A model generated the notes under the pieces. It saw nothing but the letters and a program-made list of their open reading frames with translations. It was not told the DNA's origin and made no database searches. From positions 2,418,001 to 2,482,000 of the forward strand of contig CDROCS010000506.1 of the NCBI GenBank assembly GCA_977020255.1: 64,000 nucleotides of DNA. Reading direction: 5' to 3'. The position numbers and the translations under genes were made by a program. Origin of the DNA: Obrimoposthia wandeli (taxonomy: Eukaryota). Positions 55,136 through 64,000 of the stretch are shown here, one piece after another. Each line of letters begins with the position of its first letter. Position 1 is the first letter of the stretch.

Positions 55136-55174
55136 TGTGAGTAGTTATCTATAATTATTGAATATATATTCGCT
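55136..55174. promoter_or_regulatory. Tandem ARG boxes (ArgR operator) of argD
   Basis: TGTGAGTAGTTATCTATA, 3-bp spacer, ATTGAATATATATTCGCT. Confidence 0.72.
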
Positions 55175-55226
55175 TTTAAAGGTGCTAATTTATTTTGACA
55201 TTGCTGTTCACTGAGAGGAAAGGACT

Positions 55227-56447
55227 ATGACCAATAACGTAAAGGATGTTACTCGGGAAGATTTTGATAATGTAATGGTGCCGAATTATGCACCTGCAGC
55301 GATGATCCCTGTGCGAGGTCAAGGTTCACGAGTTTGGGATCAGGATGATAATGAGTACATTGATTTCGCAGCCGGTATTGCAGTGAGTTGTTTAGGCCAT
55401 TGTTACCCTCCTTTAGTTGAAACCCTGCAAAAACAAAGTCAGAAATTATGGCATGTGAGTAATTTGTTGACGAATGAGCCCGCATTAAGACTTGCCGGAA
55501 AACTGACTGATTTGACGTTTGCAGATAAAATTTTCTTTGCCAATTCCGGTGCTGAAGCCAATGAAGCCGCTTTAAAGTTAGCTCGTCGTTATGCGCTTGA
55601 TAAATTTGGTGAAGGAAAAGACCAAATAATTGCATTTAATAAAGGTTTTCATGGTCGGACCTTCTTTACGGTAACCGTCGGTGGCCAAGCGTCTTATTCT
55701 GATGGCTTTGGTCCTAAACCCGGCGCTATTGACCATGTTGATTTTAATGATCTTGCTGCTGTAGAAGCGTTAATGAGTGATAAGACCTGCGCGGTTATGA
55801 TGGAACCTTTGCAAGGAGAAGGTGGTATTCACGCTTCTAATCAGCAATTTCTGATTGGTGTTCGTGCTTTGTGTGACAAATATAATGCGCTACTGATATT
55901 TGATGAAGTACAAACGGGTGTTGGCCGTACGGGAACTTTTTATGCTTATCAACATACTGATATTAAACCGGACATTTTAACCTCAGCAAAAGGGCTTGGT
56001 GCAGGTTTTCCTATTGCCGCAATGCTAACGACAGACCGTATTGCTAAGAGTTTAAGTGTGGGAACGCATGGTAGTACTTATGGTGGTAATCCACTTGCTT
56101 GTAGCATTGCAGAAGTAGTTGTTGATACCATCGCAGATGATGATTTTTTAGCGCAAGTTAAGGTGAAATCAGCCATATTTAAAGACGCCTTAGCGCAGAT
56201 AAATGACCAATATGCTATTTTCTCTGATATCCGTGGTGAAGGGTTATTATTAGGTGCTGAATTAGCGGAACAACATCAAGGTCAGGCCATCGCGATCATG
56301 AATCAAGCAGCGCAAGCAGGGTTATTAATATTAGTAGCTGGGGCAAATGTGTTGCGCTTTACACCTGCACTTAATATACCTGAACATGACATTCATGCAG
56401 GGATGAAAAAACTGAGTTTGGCTATCGAAAAGTGGTTATCAGCTTAA
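55227..56447 (+). CDS. argD: Acetylornithine/succinylornithine aminotransferase
   Basis: [32 protein letters not shown] Lys in TSAKGLG. Confidence 0.9.
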   Translation: MTNNVKDVTREDFDNVMVPNYAPAAMIPVRGQGSRVWDQDDNEYIDFAAGIAVSCLGHCYPPLVETLQKQSQKLWHVSNLLTNEPALRLAGKLTDLTFADKIFFANSGAEANEAALKLARRYALDKFGEGKDQIIAFNKGFHGRTFFTVTVGGQASYSDGFGPKPGAIDHVDFNDLAAVEALMSDKTCAVMMEPLQGEGGIHASNQQFLIGVRALCDKYNALLIFDEVQTGVGRTGTFYAYQHTDIKPDILTSAKGLGAGFPIAAMLTTDRIAKSLSVGTHGSTYGGNPLACSIAEVVVDTIADDDFLAQVKVKSAIFKDALAQINDQYAIFSDIRGEGLLLGAELAEQHQGQAIAIMNQAAQAGLLILVAGANVLRFTPALNIPEHDIHAGMKKLSLAIEKWLSA

Positions 56448-56491
56448 CCGAAAATGAATTATAAATGACATGTCATAAGGTGGACTAGAAA

Positions 56492-57358
56492 ATGAAAATA
56501 GCATTTATTGGTTTGGGTGCAATGGGTTATCCAATGGCTGGTCATTTGCAAAACGCTGGGCATGATGTCGTGGTGTTTAACCGTACAGCGATAAAAGCAG
56601 TCACTTGGGTCGACAAATATAAGGGTGAAAGCGCTTCTACACCGCATATTGCTGCAGTTAATGCTGATTTAGTGCTTATGTGTGTAGGTAATGATGATGA
56701 CGTGCGTAGCGTTGTTTATGGCGTTGATGGTGTATTGTCTGCGATGAAAGCCAATGCGATCCTGATCGATCACACCACCACATCGGCATTATTAGCCGAA
56801 GAGTTATCTATTGCCTGTGCTCAATCAAATATTCATTTTCTGGACGCGCCAGTGTCGGGTGGTCAAGCGGGGGCTGAGAATGCTCTGCTTACGATTATGA
56901 CGGGCGGTGAAGCCAACGTATACGAACGTGCTTTGCCGGTGCTGGATATTATGGCGAAGAAAGTGACCTTGGTTGGTGGCGTGGGTGCTGGGCAAAAATG
57001 TAAAATGGTCAATCAACTTTGCATCGCTGGTTTGGTACAAGGTTTGGCTGAAGGCATTAATTTTGCGAAAAATGCAGGATTAGATGAACATGTGGTATTG
57101 GATGTATTACGCAATGGTGCAGCGCAGTCTTGGCAATTAGAGAATCGTACATTAACCATGGCTGAAGGTAAGTTTGACTTTGGTTTCGCGATTGATTGGA
57201 TGCGTAAAGACTTAGCGATTTGTTTTGAAGAAGCTGAACGTAATGGCTCTTTAGTACCTATTGCAAAATTAGTCGATGGGTTTTATGCCGAATTACAAGA
57301 TGCAGGTGAGCAGCGTAGTGATACATCAGTATTAATCAAACGATTGCATCAATCATAA
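56492..57358 (+). CDS. NAD(P)-dependent oxidoreductase, beta-hydroxyacid dehydrogenase family
   Basis: IGLGAMGYPMA, LDAPVSGG, CKMVNQ. Confidence 0.88.
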   Translation: MKIAFIGLGAMGYPMAGHLQNAGHDVVVFNRTAIKAVTWVDKYKGESASTPHIAAVNADLVLMCVGNDDDVRSVVYGVDGVLSAMKANAILIDHTTTSALLAEELSIACAQSNIHFLDAPVSGGQAGAENALLTIMTGGEANVYERALPVLDIMAKKVTLVGGVGAGQKCKMVNQLCIAGLVQGLAEGINFAKNAGLDEHVVLDVLRNGAAQSWQLENRTLTMAEGKFDFGFAIDWMRKDLAICFEEAERNGSLVPIAKLVDGFYAELQDAGEQRSDTSVLIKRLHQS

Positions 57359-57387
57359 GATTAACTAGCGATTAAACCGCAGTTAAT

Positions 57388-57430
57388 AAAAAAGGCGTCT
57401 GACTTGTGAGTAACAGGTCAGACGCCTTTT
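57388..57430. terminator. Bidirectional terminator before the crp 3' end
   Basis: AAAAAAGGCGTCTGAC...GTCAGACGCCTTTT. Confidence 0.88.
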
Positions 57431-57454
57431 AATTAGCTTAATAAAATGATTGAA

Positions 57455-58096
57455 TTAGCGAGTGCCAAATACAACAATCGTTTTACCATGAGCTGAAATA
57501 AGCTCTTGTTCTTCAAGCATCTTCAAGATACGACCAACAGTTTCACGTGAGCAACCAACGATCTGACCGATTTCTTGACGAGTAATTTTAATTTGCATAC
57601 CGTCTGGGTGAGTCATTGCGTCAGGCTGTTTTGCTAAGCTTAGTAATGTTTGTGCAATACGACCTGTAACGTCTAGGAATGCTAGATCGCCCACTTTTTG
57701 GCTTGTCGTTTGTAAACGTTCAGCCATTTGTCCTGATAGACGCATTAGAATTTCAGGGTTAACTTGGATTAACTGACGGAATTTCTTGTATGAAATCTCT
57801 GCTACTTCACATGGTGATTTAGCTCGGATCCATGCGCTACGTACAGGTTCTTCAGTATCTTCAAATAGGCCTAATTCACCCATGAAGTCACCTTGGTTTA
57901 GGTAAGAAAGGATCATTTCTTTACCTTCTTCATCCTTGATTAGAACGGCCACAGAACCTTTAACGATAAAATATAAAGTTTCTGCTTTTTCTCCAGCATG
58001 GATCAACGTACTTTTTGAAGGGTACTTGTGAATATGGCAGTGAGATAAGAACCATTCTAAAGTAGGGTCGGATTGTGGCTTGCCGATAACAACCAT
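57455..58096 (-). CDS. crp: cAMP receptor protein
   Basis: Near E. coli CRP: [29 protein letters not shown]. Confidence 0.99.
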   Translation of the reverse strand: MVVIGKPQSDPTLEWFLSHCHIHKYPSKSTLIHAGEKAETLYFIVKGSVAVLIKDEEGKEMILSYLNQGDFMGELGLFEDTEEPVRSAWIRAKSPCEVAEISYKKFRQLIQVNPEILMRLSGQMAERLQTTSQKVGDLAFLDVTGRIAQTLLSLAKQPDAMTHPDGMQIKITRQEIGQIVGCSRETVGRILKMLEEQELISAHGKTIVVFGTR

Positions 58097-58379
58097 GGGT
58101 ATTCCTCTGTAAGTTATTATAATCGCAAATTATGTCCGTATTGCGATATTTTAATTTTATTATTATTAATGACTTGATAGCATAAGAGACAATAACACTA
58201 ATAAGCAAGAACTGAGTTGATTTCTGTTCATATCAACGTGAATATATCATTTTTTGAATATTGACTTACTGTTTATTTGTGACTTTAAACTATATTTGGG
58301 ATATGAGACGGTACTTTACCACTTTAGTGGTGTGTTGTATTGTTTGGTATCCTTGAATTGAATATTAACGAGGTGTTTT

Positions 58380-58784
58380 ATGAAAGCAAATGTGAAGTGG
58401 ATCCAAGAAATGCAATTAATGGGCACGTCAGAAACTGGCCACGGCATTCTCATGGACGGTGATCGCAATGGTATTGCGGCAAGTCCAATGGAAGTTGTCT
58501 TGATGGGGATGGGCGCATGTAGCTCTATCGACGTTGTGGATATTTTAAAAACGGGTCGCCAAAACATCCAAGGTTGTGAAGTTAATTTAACCAGTGAACG
58601 TGCTCCAGAGCCGCCGCGTGTATTCACTAAGATTAACGCCCACTTTATTGTTTCTGGTAGTGATCTGAATGACAAAAAAGTAAAGCGTGCAGTTGAACTA
58701 TCAATGGAAAAATATTGCTCTGTGGCCAAAATGCTAGAGAAGGCCGCTGAGGTGACGTCGAGCTATGAAATTGTAGCTCAATAA
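58380..58784 (+). CDS. yhfA: OsmC-family protein YhfA
   Basis: SPMEVVLMGMGACSSIDV, SMEKYCSV; divergent from crp. Confidence 0.9.
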   Translation: MKANVKWIQEMQLMGTSETGHGILMDGDRNGIAASPMEVVLMGMGACSSIDVVDILKTGRQNIQGCEVNLTSERAPEPPRVFTKINAHFIVSGSDLNDKKVKRAVELSMEKYCSVAKMLEKAAEVTSSYEIVAQ

Positions 58785-59025
58785 GCCGCTTTGACCGTTA
58801 AATATTAACGATAGGTTGTGACTGTATACTTATCGTTAATTTCCTCGCTAAATTGATCACACTATTGCAATCTAATAACGCTGAATATATAAACAATGGG
58901 TTACAAGTTGAAATGACATTTTAATTAATGAGCAATTAATTATTATTTTGTCATTGTTTACAGTCGTTTATATTTTTATATGTTAGCATAACGAAAGATT
59001 GTTTTGTTATCTTGTAGAGGCTGTA

Positions 59026-59610
59026 ATGTGCCGACGTTATTCAGTTCCCAACCAAATCACCTTGTGTGTCGCATTCAGTTTTATGGTTCTAGTGTTTATT
59101 GCACTGGGTTATTTATCCATATTACGCGGAGAAATGCTGGCAGAAAGAAAGTCACGTTTAGTTAATATAATTGATAAAACTGAAGCGATTTTTAGAGACT
59201 ATGAGCTATTTTATCAATCAGGCGTCTTATCACTTGAAGATGCCCAGAAACACGCCTTAAAACGCCTTTCCTTACTCGACGATAATTATATTTTTGTGTT
59301 TGATGATAACTACACATTGCTTGCTTCTTTAGGTGGTGTGGATGATGTACACGAAAATGTAAAAATGCAGCAAGACTCCAGTGGCGATTTTACTTATCAA
59401 GAAATCCATCAGCAGGCAAAAAAATTAATGGGAGGTACTTTTATCAGTTATTGTTTCCCATTATTTATTGGTGGCGAACCGGTACGTAAAATTTCTTACA
59501 GTAAACGTTTTTCTGCATGGGGTTGGACGTATGGTGCAGGTGTTTATATTGATGATATTGATTCGATTATTGGTCATACGTTAATTTCATTTGACGAATC
59601 GGTCGTATAA
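59026..59610 (+). CDS. Stand-alone single Cache (sCache_2-like) membrane protein
   Basis: One N-terminal TM, AERKSRL, LSLEDAQ, KISYSKRF.AWGW.YGAGVYIDDI; stops before any TM2. Confidence 0.72.
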   Translation: MCRRYSVPNQITLCVAFSFMVLVFIALGYLSILRGEMLAERKSRLVNIIDKTEAIFRDYELFYQSGVLSLEDAQKHALKRLSLLDDNYIFVFDDNYTLLASLGGVDDVHENVKMQQDSSGDFTYQEIHQQAKKLMGGTFISYCFPLFIGGEPVRKISYSKRFSAWGWTYGAGVYIDDIDSIIGHTLISFDESVV

Positions 59611-59777
59611 TAAAATGCCATCTTTAATATTTTCATAAAACATTATTTGGATGAACTGGTATTATCGCGATATAATTCAGCTTAAAACACTAAAATGGCG
59701 AGGGTATCCATCTAATTAGAGTTATTTATCTATTATGATGCGTTATATTCTACGCGATATTTATTTTAGGCTTAGCT

Positions 59778-59972
59778 ATGCACTTAATTTCAAAAAAAAC
59801 CTTGTTACTGACATTGGGTTACTTCGCTCTGTGGTGTGCAGGACCGCTGTTATTAGCAACGCAAGGTAATTGGTGGGGACTGCCTGTTTGGTTTTGGTTT
59901 TCTTGCCTGTTTGCACCTTTACTGCTTATCTTCTTCCTTATTTTAATGATTAAATCTACTTATCATGACTAA
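59778..59972 (+). CDS. yhdT: YhdT (DUF997) small membrane protein
   Basis: GLPVWFWFSC; overlaps the panF start. Confidence 0.8.
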   Translation: MHLISKKTLLLTLGYFALWCAGPLLLATQGNWWGLPVWFWFSCLFAPLLLIFFLILMIKSTYHD

Positions 59973-61401
59973 TCTCATCCCTATTTTTATTTACCTTATC
60001 GCTAGTTTATTAATTACACGTTGGTGGAGTGCTCGCCAATCAAAACAAGCGGGGGAATTATATCAAGACAAAGCTAAACGCTTTTTCATTGGTGGACGTT
60101 TTCTAAATGGCCCGTTGTTAGCGCTGACACTCGTTGCTACCTATACTAGTGCAAGTTCATTTATTGGCGGACCCGGTGCCGCGTATAAAATTGGTTTAGG
60201 TTGGGTGTGGTTAGCACTGATCCAAGTGCCTGTTGCTATGCTCACCTTAGGTGTTTTAGGGCCTAAATTATTAGCCCAGCGTAAAGCTGAACACGCCACC
60301 TTGATTGAATGGTTGGACGCGCGTTATCAAAACAGTTGGTTAACTAAATTAGCCTTGGTTAGCCTGGTCGTCGGTTTCATTGCGATGATATCGGTGCAGT
60401 TCATTGGTGGCGCGCGCTTGTTCTCGGGCGTGAGTGGCATTAGTTATGAGCTCGGCTTGGGATTATTTGTTATCACTGTATTGGCTTATACGCTGACGGG
60501 AGGGTTTCGCGCTGTCGTGATCACCGATGCATTTCAAGGCATCTTGATGATAATTGGTGTCTTAGTCATTTTTATCACCTTATTATCGCAAGGTGGTTTA
60601 ACCGCATTAATGACAGAGGTGAGTAGGCAATCGCCGACGTTATTAAGTCCACAAGGTAATAGCGGGCAACTTGGTTGGCCAATGATGTTGTCGTTTTGGA
60701 TGCTAATTTGTTTTGGCACCTTAGGGCTACCACATACGGTAGTGCGTTTATTGGCGGTGAAAGATACCAATGCATTAAAACGAGGCATGATTTGGGGAAC
60801 GATCATTAGTTTCTTAATGACGCTTATTCCGCATTTAAGTGGTGTATTAGGCCGTGCTTTATATCCTGATTTGACCGTGCCAGATCAGATAATGCCGACG
60901 TTAATTACCGGTCTTTTTGACCCGTTCTGGGCTGGCGTATTATTAGCAGCACCGATAGCGGCAGTCATGTCATCGGTAGATTCAATGTTGCTGCAATCGG
61001 CTGTGAGTTTGGTGCGAGATGGTGTTGTGCGTTGTTATCCATCATTAACGGCTAACGCACAAGTCAGCTTAACGCGTGTTGCTATGGTACTGGTTACCTT
61101 GATTGCGAGTTATTTTGCACTGGATCCGCCAGACATGATCGTGTGGCTTAATCTAGCTGCGTTTGGTGCGCTGCAAGCGGTATTTTTATGGCCTGTACTT
61201 GCAGGATTATATTGGCAGCAGATTGCGGGTAATGCAGCATTGGCGGCAATGGTCAGTGGCCTGGTGAGTTATTTAGTATTGTTATGGTTTAAACCGGCTA
61301 TGTTTGGGATCCACCCCATTGTTCCGGCTTTGCTTATTTCAGCGCTTGGGATGCTCGTTGTGCATCGTATTGTACGAACGCCAATCAGTCAAAAAGTATA
61401 A
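59965..61401 (+). CDS. panF: Sodium/pantothenate symporter
   Basis: ATYTSASSFIGGPGAAY, GLPHT, MSSVDSML, LAAFGALQA. Confidence 0.9.
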   Translation: MTNLIPIFIYLIASLLITRWWSARQSKQAGELYQDKAKRFFIGGRFLNGPLLALTLVATYTSASSFIGGPGAAYKIGLGWVWLALIQVPVAMLTLGVLGPKLLAQRKAEHATLIEWLDARYQNSWLTKLALVSLVVGFIAMISVQFIGGARLFSGVSGISYELGLGLFVITVLAYTLTGGFRAVVITDAFQGILMIIGVLVIFITLLSQGGLTALMTEVSRQSPTLLSPQGNSGQLGWPMMLSFWMLICFGTLGLPHTVVRLLAVKDTNALKRGMIWGTIISFLMTLIPHLSGVLGRALYPDLTVPDQIMPTLITGLFDPFWAGVLLAAPIAAVMSSVDSMLLQSAVSLVRDGVVRCYPSLTANAQVSLTRVAMVLVTLIASYFALDPPDMIVWLNLAAFGALQAVFLWPVLAGLYWQQIAGNAALAAMVSGLVSYLVLLWFKPAMFGIHPIVPALLISALGMLVVHRIVRTPISQKV

Positions 61402-61442
61402 ATAAATACGGAATGTCGGTGTTGGCCTTCTGTCTTAAAGTG

Positions 61443-61463
61443 GACTAGTGACTAGTGACTAGT
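61443..61463. repeat. GACTAGT x3 tandem repeat
   Basis: Three exact 7-nt units with palindromic core ACTAGT. Confidence 0.85.
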
Positions 61464-61541
61464 CGCTCTTCGGTTGTATAAAACTGAGTTAAAATAGACC
61501 AAAATATATAGTGCTTTATAAAAACATAAGGTGTTGATTTT

Positions 61542-61563
61542 AAATGTGACCCGTTTCATATTT
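61542..61563. promoter_or_regulatory. CRP binding site
   Basis: AAA-TGTGA-CCCGTT-TCATA-TTT; one mismatch to the core consensus. Confidence 0.72.
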
Positions 61564-61650
61564 TCGAGGTGAATAGTTAAAACTCACGGATGTTTTAACG
61601 AACTCCAGCCTATACTGAGCTAATGTTTGGTAATAATCAAAAGAGTTGTA

Positions 61651-62052
61651 ATGAGATGTCTGATTGTTGAAGATAGTAAAGCCATAGCACAAATTATGAC
61701 CAAGTTAGTGCGTAATATCTCGTTTGAACGCTATTCTGAACGTGACAATGTTACTTGTGCGGACAGTGTCCACGACGCACTTAATTTGTTATTAAAACAA
61801 CAGTTTGATTATATTTTTTTGGATCTTAATTTAAGCGAAAAACTCGATGGTTTACAGGTACTCGAATATGTTCGTCAACAACAAAAAAATATCCCGGTGT
61901 TTATTGTCACAGGGGATAGTAATATCAATACGGTGAAGCAAGTAATCAAACTCCAGCCTAGCGATTATCTCGTTAAACCCGTTTCTAAAATAAATATTTC
62001 GCGTTGTTTAGAGAAAGCCAGAATAGCGAAAAAATTAAATGTTACGGTGTAA
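61651..62052 (+). CDS. Single-domain response regulator (REC only)
   Basis: LIVED, FLDLNL (phospho-Asp), IVTG, LVKP. Confidence 0.85.
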   Translation: MRCLIVEDSKAIAQIMTKLVRNISFERYSERDNVTCADSVHDALNLLLKQQFDYIFLDLNLSEKLDGLQVLEYVRQQQKNIPVFIVTGDSNINTVKQVIKLQPSDYLVKPVSKINISRCLEKARIAKKLNVTV

Positions 62053-62057
62053 ACAGA

Positions 62058-63005
62058 TTAGATAATATCGATGCTTTGATCTATTAGCGCATCAATATCA
62101 AGTGCTTTAGTGACTATGTTGTGTTCAATCCCAGTGACTGGATCAGTAAACTCGAGCTGTTGCGCTAATAACTGTAATGGCTGTTCAAAGTTATCATCAC
62201 ATCGGTCTAATAGTGTTGGGTATAAGCGGTCGTTTACCAATGGCATACCTAAACTATCCATGTGCAAGCGCAATTGATGTGTCTTGCCCGTAATGGGTGA
62301 CAATCGAAATAGTCCAAATTCACCTTTCACTTCAATCAAGTCAATTTCAGAATGACTATTCGCTTCGCCGTCGGTAATTTTCATGGTGAAACTTGGTTCG
62401 CCTTTTACAATTTTATTTTTTACCGTCCAATGCAATGGTAACGCGAGTTCACCTTGTTGTTGCTGTTGGCGTAACTCGGGTGTTAAACGGGCTATTGCTT
62501 GGTAATGTTTGGTGATATTGCCATGTTTAAATAAGTCATGGTACAGAGAACGCTGTTCTGGCTGCTTTGATAGCAACATAAGCCCTGCAGTGGCACGATC
62601 AAGTCGATGGGCAGTTACCAGTGTTTCTATTCCAGTTTTTATTCTTAGGCGGTTAACCAAACATTCATTAACGAATTGACCACTTGGACTGACCGCTAAG
62701 AAATGAGGCTTGTAAGCAACTATGATGTTGTCATCTTGGTAAATAACGTTTTCTGCAAAAGGTACCTTCTTCTCTACCGTCACCTCGCGATAATAATAAA
62801 CGCGCTCACGTGGTACGAATGCACAATCTAGGGTGATTAAACTGCCATCACGCCAATGCACTTTGCCATCCATAATACGCTGTTGCCATACCGAAGCATC
62901 AATCTGTTGAAAGTGATTGCTGAGGAAACTAAAAACGGTGGGCTTATCCGTTACGTTTTCAGGTAAGACGATGTGGGAAGCATGGGTGGCGCGAACAGTA
63001 GACAT
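62058..63005 (-). CDS. RluA-family pseudouridine synthase
   Basis: HRLDRATAG, PITGKTHQLRLH, LQLLAQQLEFTDP. Confidence 0.88.
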   Translation of the reverse strand: MSTVRATHASHIVLPENVTDKPTVFSFLSNHFQQIDASVWQQRIMDGKVHWRDGSLITLDCAFVPRERVYYYREVTVEKKVPFAENVIYQDDNIIVAYKPHFLAVSPSGQFVNECLVNRLRIKTGIETLVTAHRLDRATAGLMLLSKQPEQRSLYHDLFKHGNITKHYQAIARLTPELRQQQQQGELALPLHWTVKNKIVKGEPSFTMKITDGEANSHSEIDLIEVKGEFGLFRLSPITGKTHQLRLHMDSLGMPLVNDRLYPTLLDRCDDNFEQPLQLLAQQLEFTDPVTGIEHNIVTKALDIDALIDQSIDII

Positions 63006-63227
63006 AAAATTAGAAACTCGTTGAAACACAAATATGATAAGCGAGGAGTGTAGCTGAAATTATCGTTTAATTCACTCTTCTCGTCGCGCAGAAATACCAT
63101 ATGATCTTATCTAGTGTTGTGTCGAATACACAACATCATAACTTTACTATATTTTAAGCGAATACAAATGGCTTGAAATCATTTCTATTCTCGCTTTGTT
63201 ATGTTGGTCAATGCTCAGGAGTATGTA

Positions 63228-64000
63228 GTGTTATTTATTATTACGCTGATTTTAATTGCTAGCCTTGGTTATTTAGCGCAAACCACTGGGTTATGTATGG
63301 TCAAAGGCGCTAATCAAGCCATTAAAGGTAAACCGATGTTTTTAGCCGCCATTCTACTCAGCGGAACATTTTCTTGGCTGCCTTTATTAATTGCTAACGT
63401 GACTTTAGGTCTGGGTACGCAAGTCTCACACCAAGCTACCTGGTTTTCGGCTGTTGGTGGATTATTATTTGGTTTTGGCGCGGCAGTAAATCAAGGTTGT
63501 GGTGTATCGACAGTTAGTCGCTTGACTCGTGGAGAGATGGCGATGATGGTGACAATTTTTGGTTGGTTAACAGGTTGGGTTTTGCTTGCCTCGTTTATTG
63601 ATAAAGTCGAAAGTGAGGTTTATATCCTGCCGCAAAGTATGCATTTAATGGGACTGGCGGTATTGTCGATATTGTTAGTTGCCGCTTTGTTTCGTTTCAA
63701 TAACGATAATAAAAAACTGTGGTTGTCGATGTTAAGTATTGGCATGATGGCGAGCATGGTATTTTTGTATGAGCCACACTGGACGCCAAGCGGGCTACTT
63801 AAAGATATTAGTTTGTTCGTGTGGTACGGGAATGAGCAACAATGGCCGTCAGCAGAGCGATTTTTATTGATACTTAGTTTAATCTTGGGAATGCTTATTG
63901 CGGCTATTTTTACTCGGGCATTTGTTTTCAAATGGATGAAGATAAGACAAGCTGTGAGACATTTATTCGCAGGAATACTGATGGGTATGGGTGCTGTACT
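63228..64000 (+). CDS. YeeE/YedE-family sulfur-compound transporter, partial (runs off window; not in ORF track)
   Basis: SD AGGAG plus GTG; open frame LAQTTGLCMV...GGLLFGFGAAVNQGCGVSTVSRL...AGILMGMGAV. Confidence 0.8.
   Translation, partial: MLFIITLILIASLGYLAQTTGLCMVKGANQAIKGKPMFLAAILLSGTFSWLPLLIANVTLGLGTQVSHQATWFSAVGGLLFGFGAAVNQGCGVSTVSRLTRGEMAMMVTIFGWLTGWVLLASFIDKVESEVYILPQSMHLMGLAVLSILLVAALFRFNNDNKKLWLSMLSIGMMASMVFLYEPHWTPSGLLKDISLFVWYGNEQQWPSAERFLLILSLILGMLIAAIFTRAFVFKWMKIRQAVRHLFAGILMGMGAV

Overview
64-kb core-genome window from an AT-rich marine gammaproteobacterium. The 16S sequence and gene order resemble Moritella/Psychromonas-type organisms; this is from recall, not a database search. 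Everything below is read from the sequence. From left to right: two rRNA operons in tandem (partial 23S-5S-tRNA-Asp running straight into 16S-23S-5S-5S); DUF1415; pyrBI with an attenuator; ridA-tusDCB; the str operon (rpsL-rpsG-fusA-tuf); tex, greB, pckA, hslO, hslR; a complete gspC-N type II secretion cluster; nudE, cysQ and an NSS transporter; fabR-yijD and trmA; a cobalamin riboswitch with a btuB-like receptor; murI and a membrane-anchored RRM protein; a third rRNA operon (P1/P2, tRNA-Ile/Ala, tRNA-Asp); a decayed IS66/IS630 composite and a PKD lipoprotein; sigma54/NtrC-controlled glnK-amtB; a broken pabA, argD, crp and yhfA; a stand-alone Cache protein; yhdT-panF; an orphan response regulator; a pseudouridine synthase; and a partial YeeE/YedE transporter. 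I found no CRISPR, prophage or recognisable defence system, and no clear-cut new multi-gene system. The most unusual signals are: (1) a 175-nt structurally compensated foreign block across the peptidyl-transferase centre of one 23S copy (real mosaic or assembly chimera); (2) a second rRNA operon lacking the P1/P2 promoters; and (3) a str-operon EF-G with altered domain IV tip motifs.
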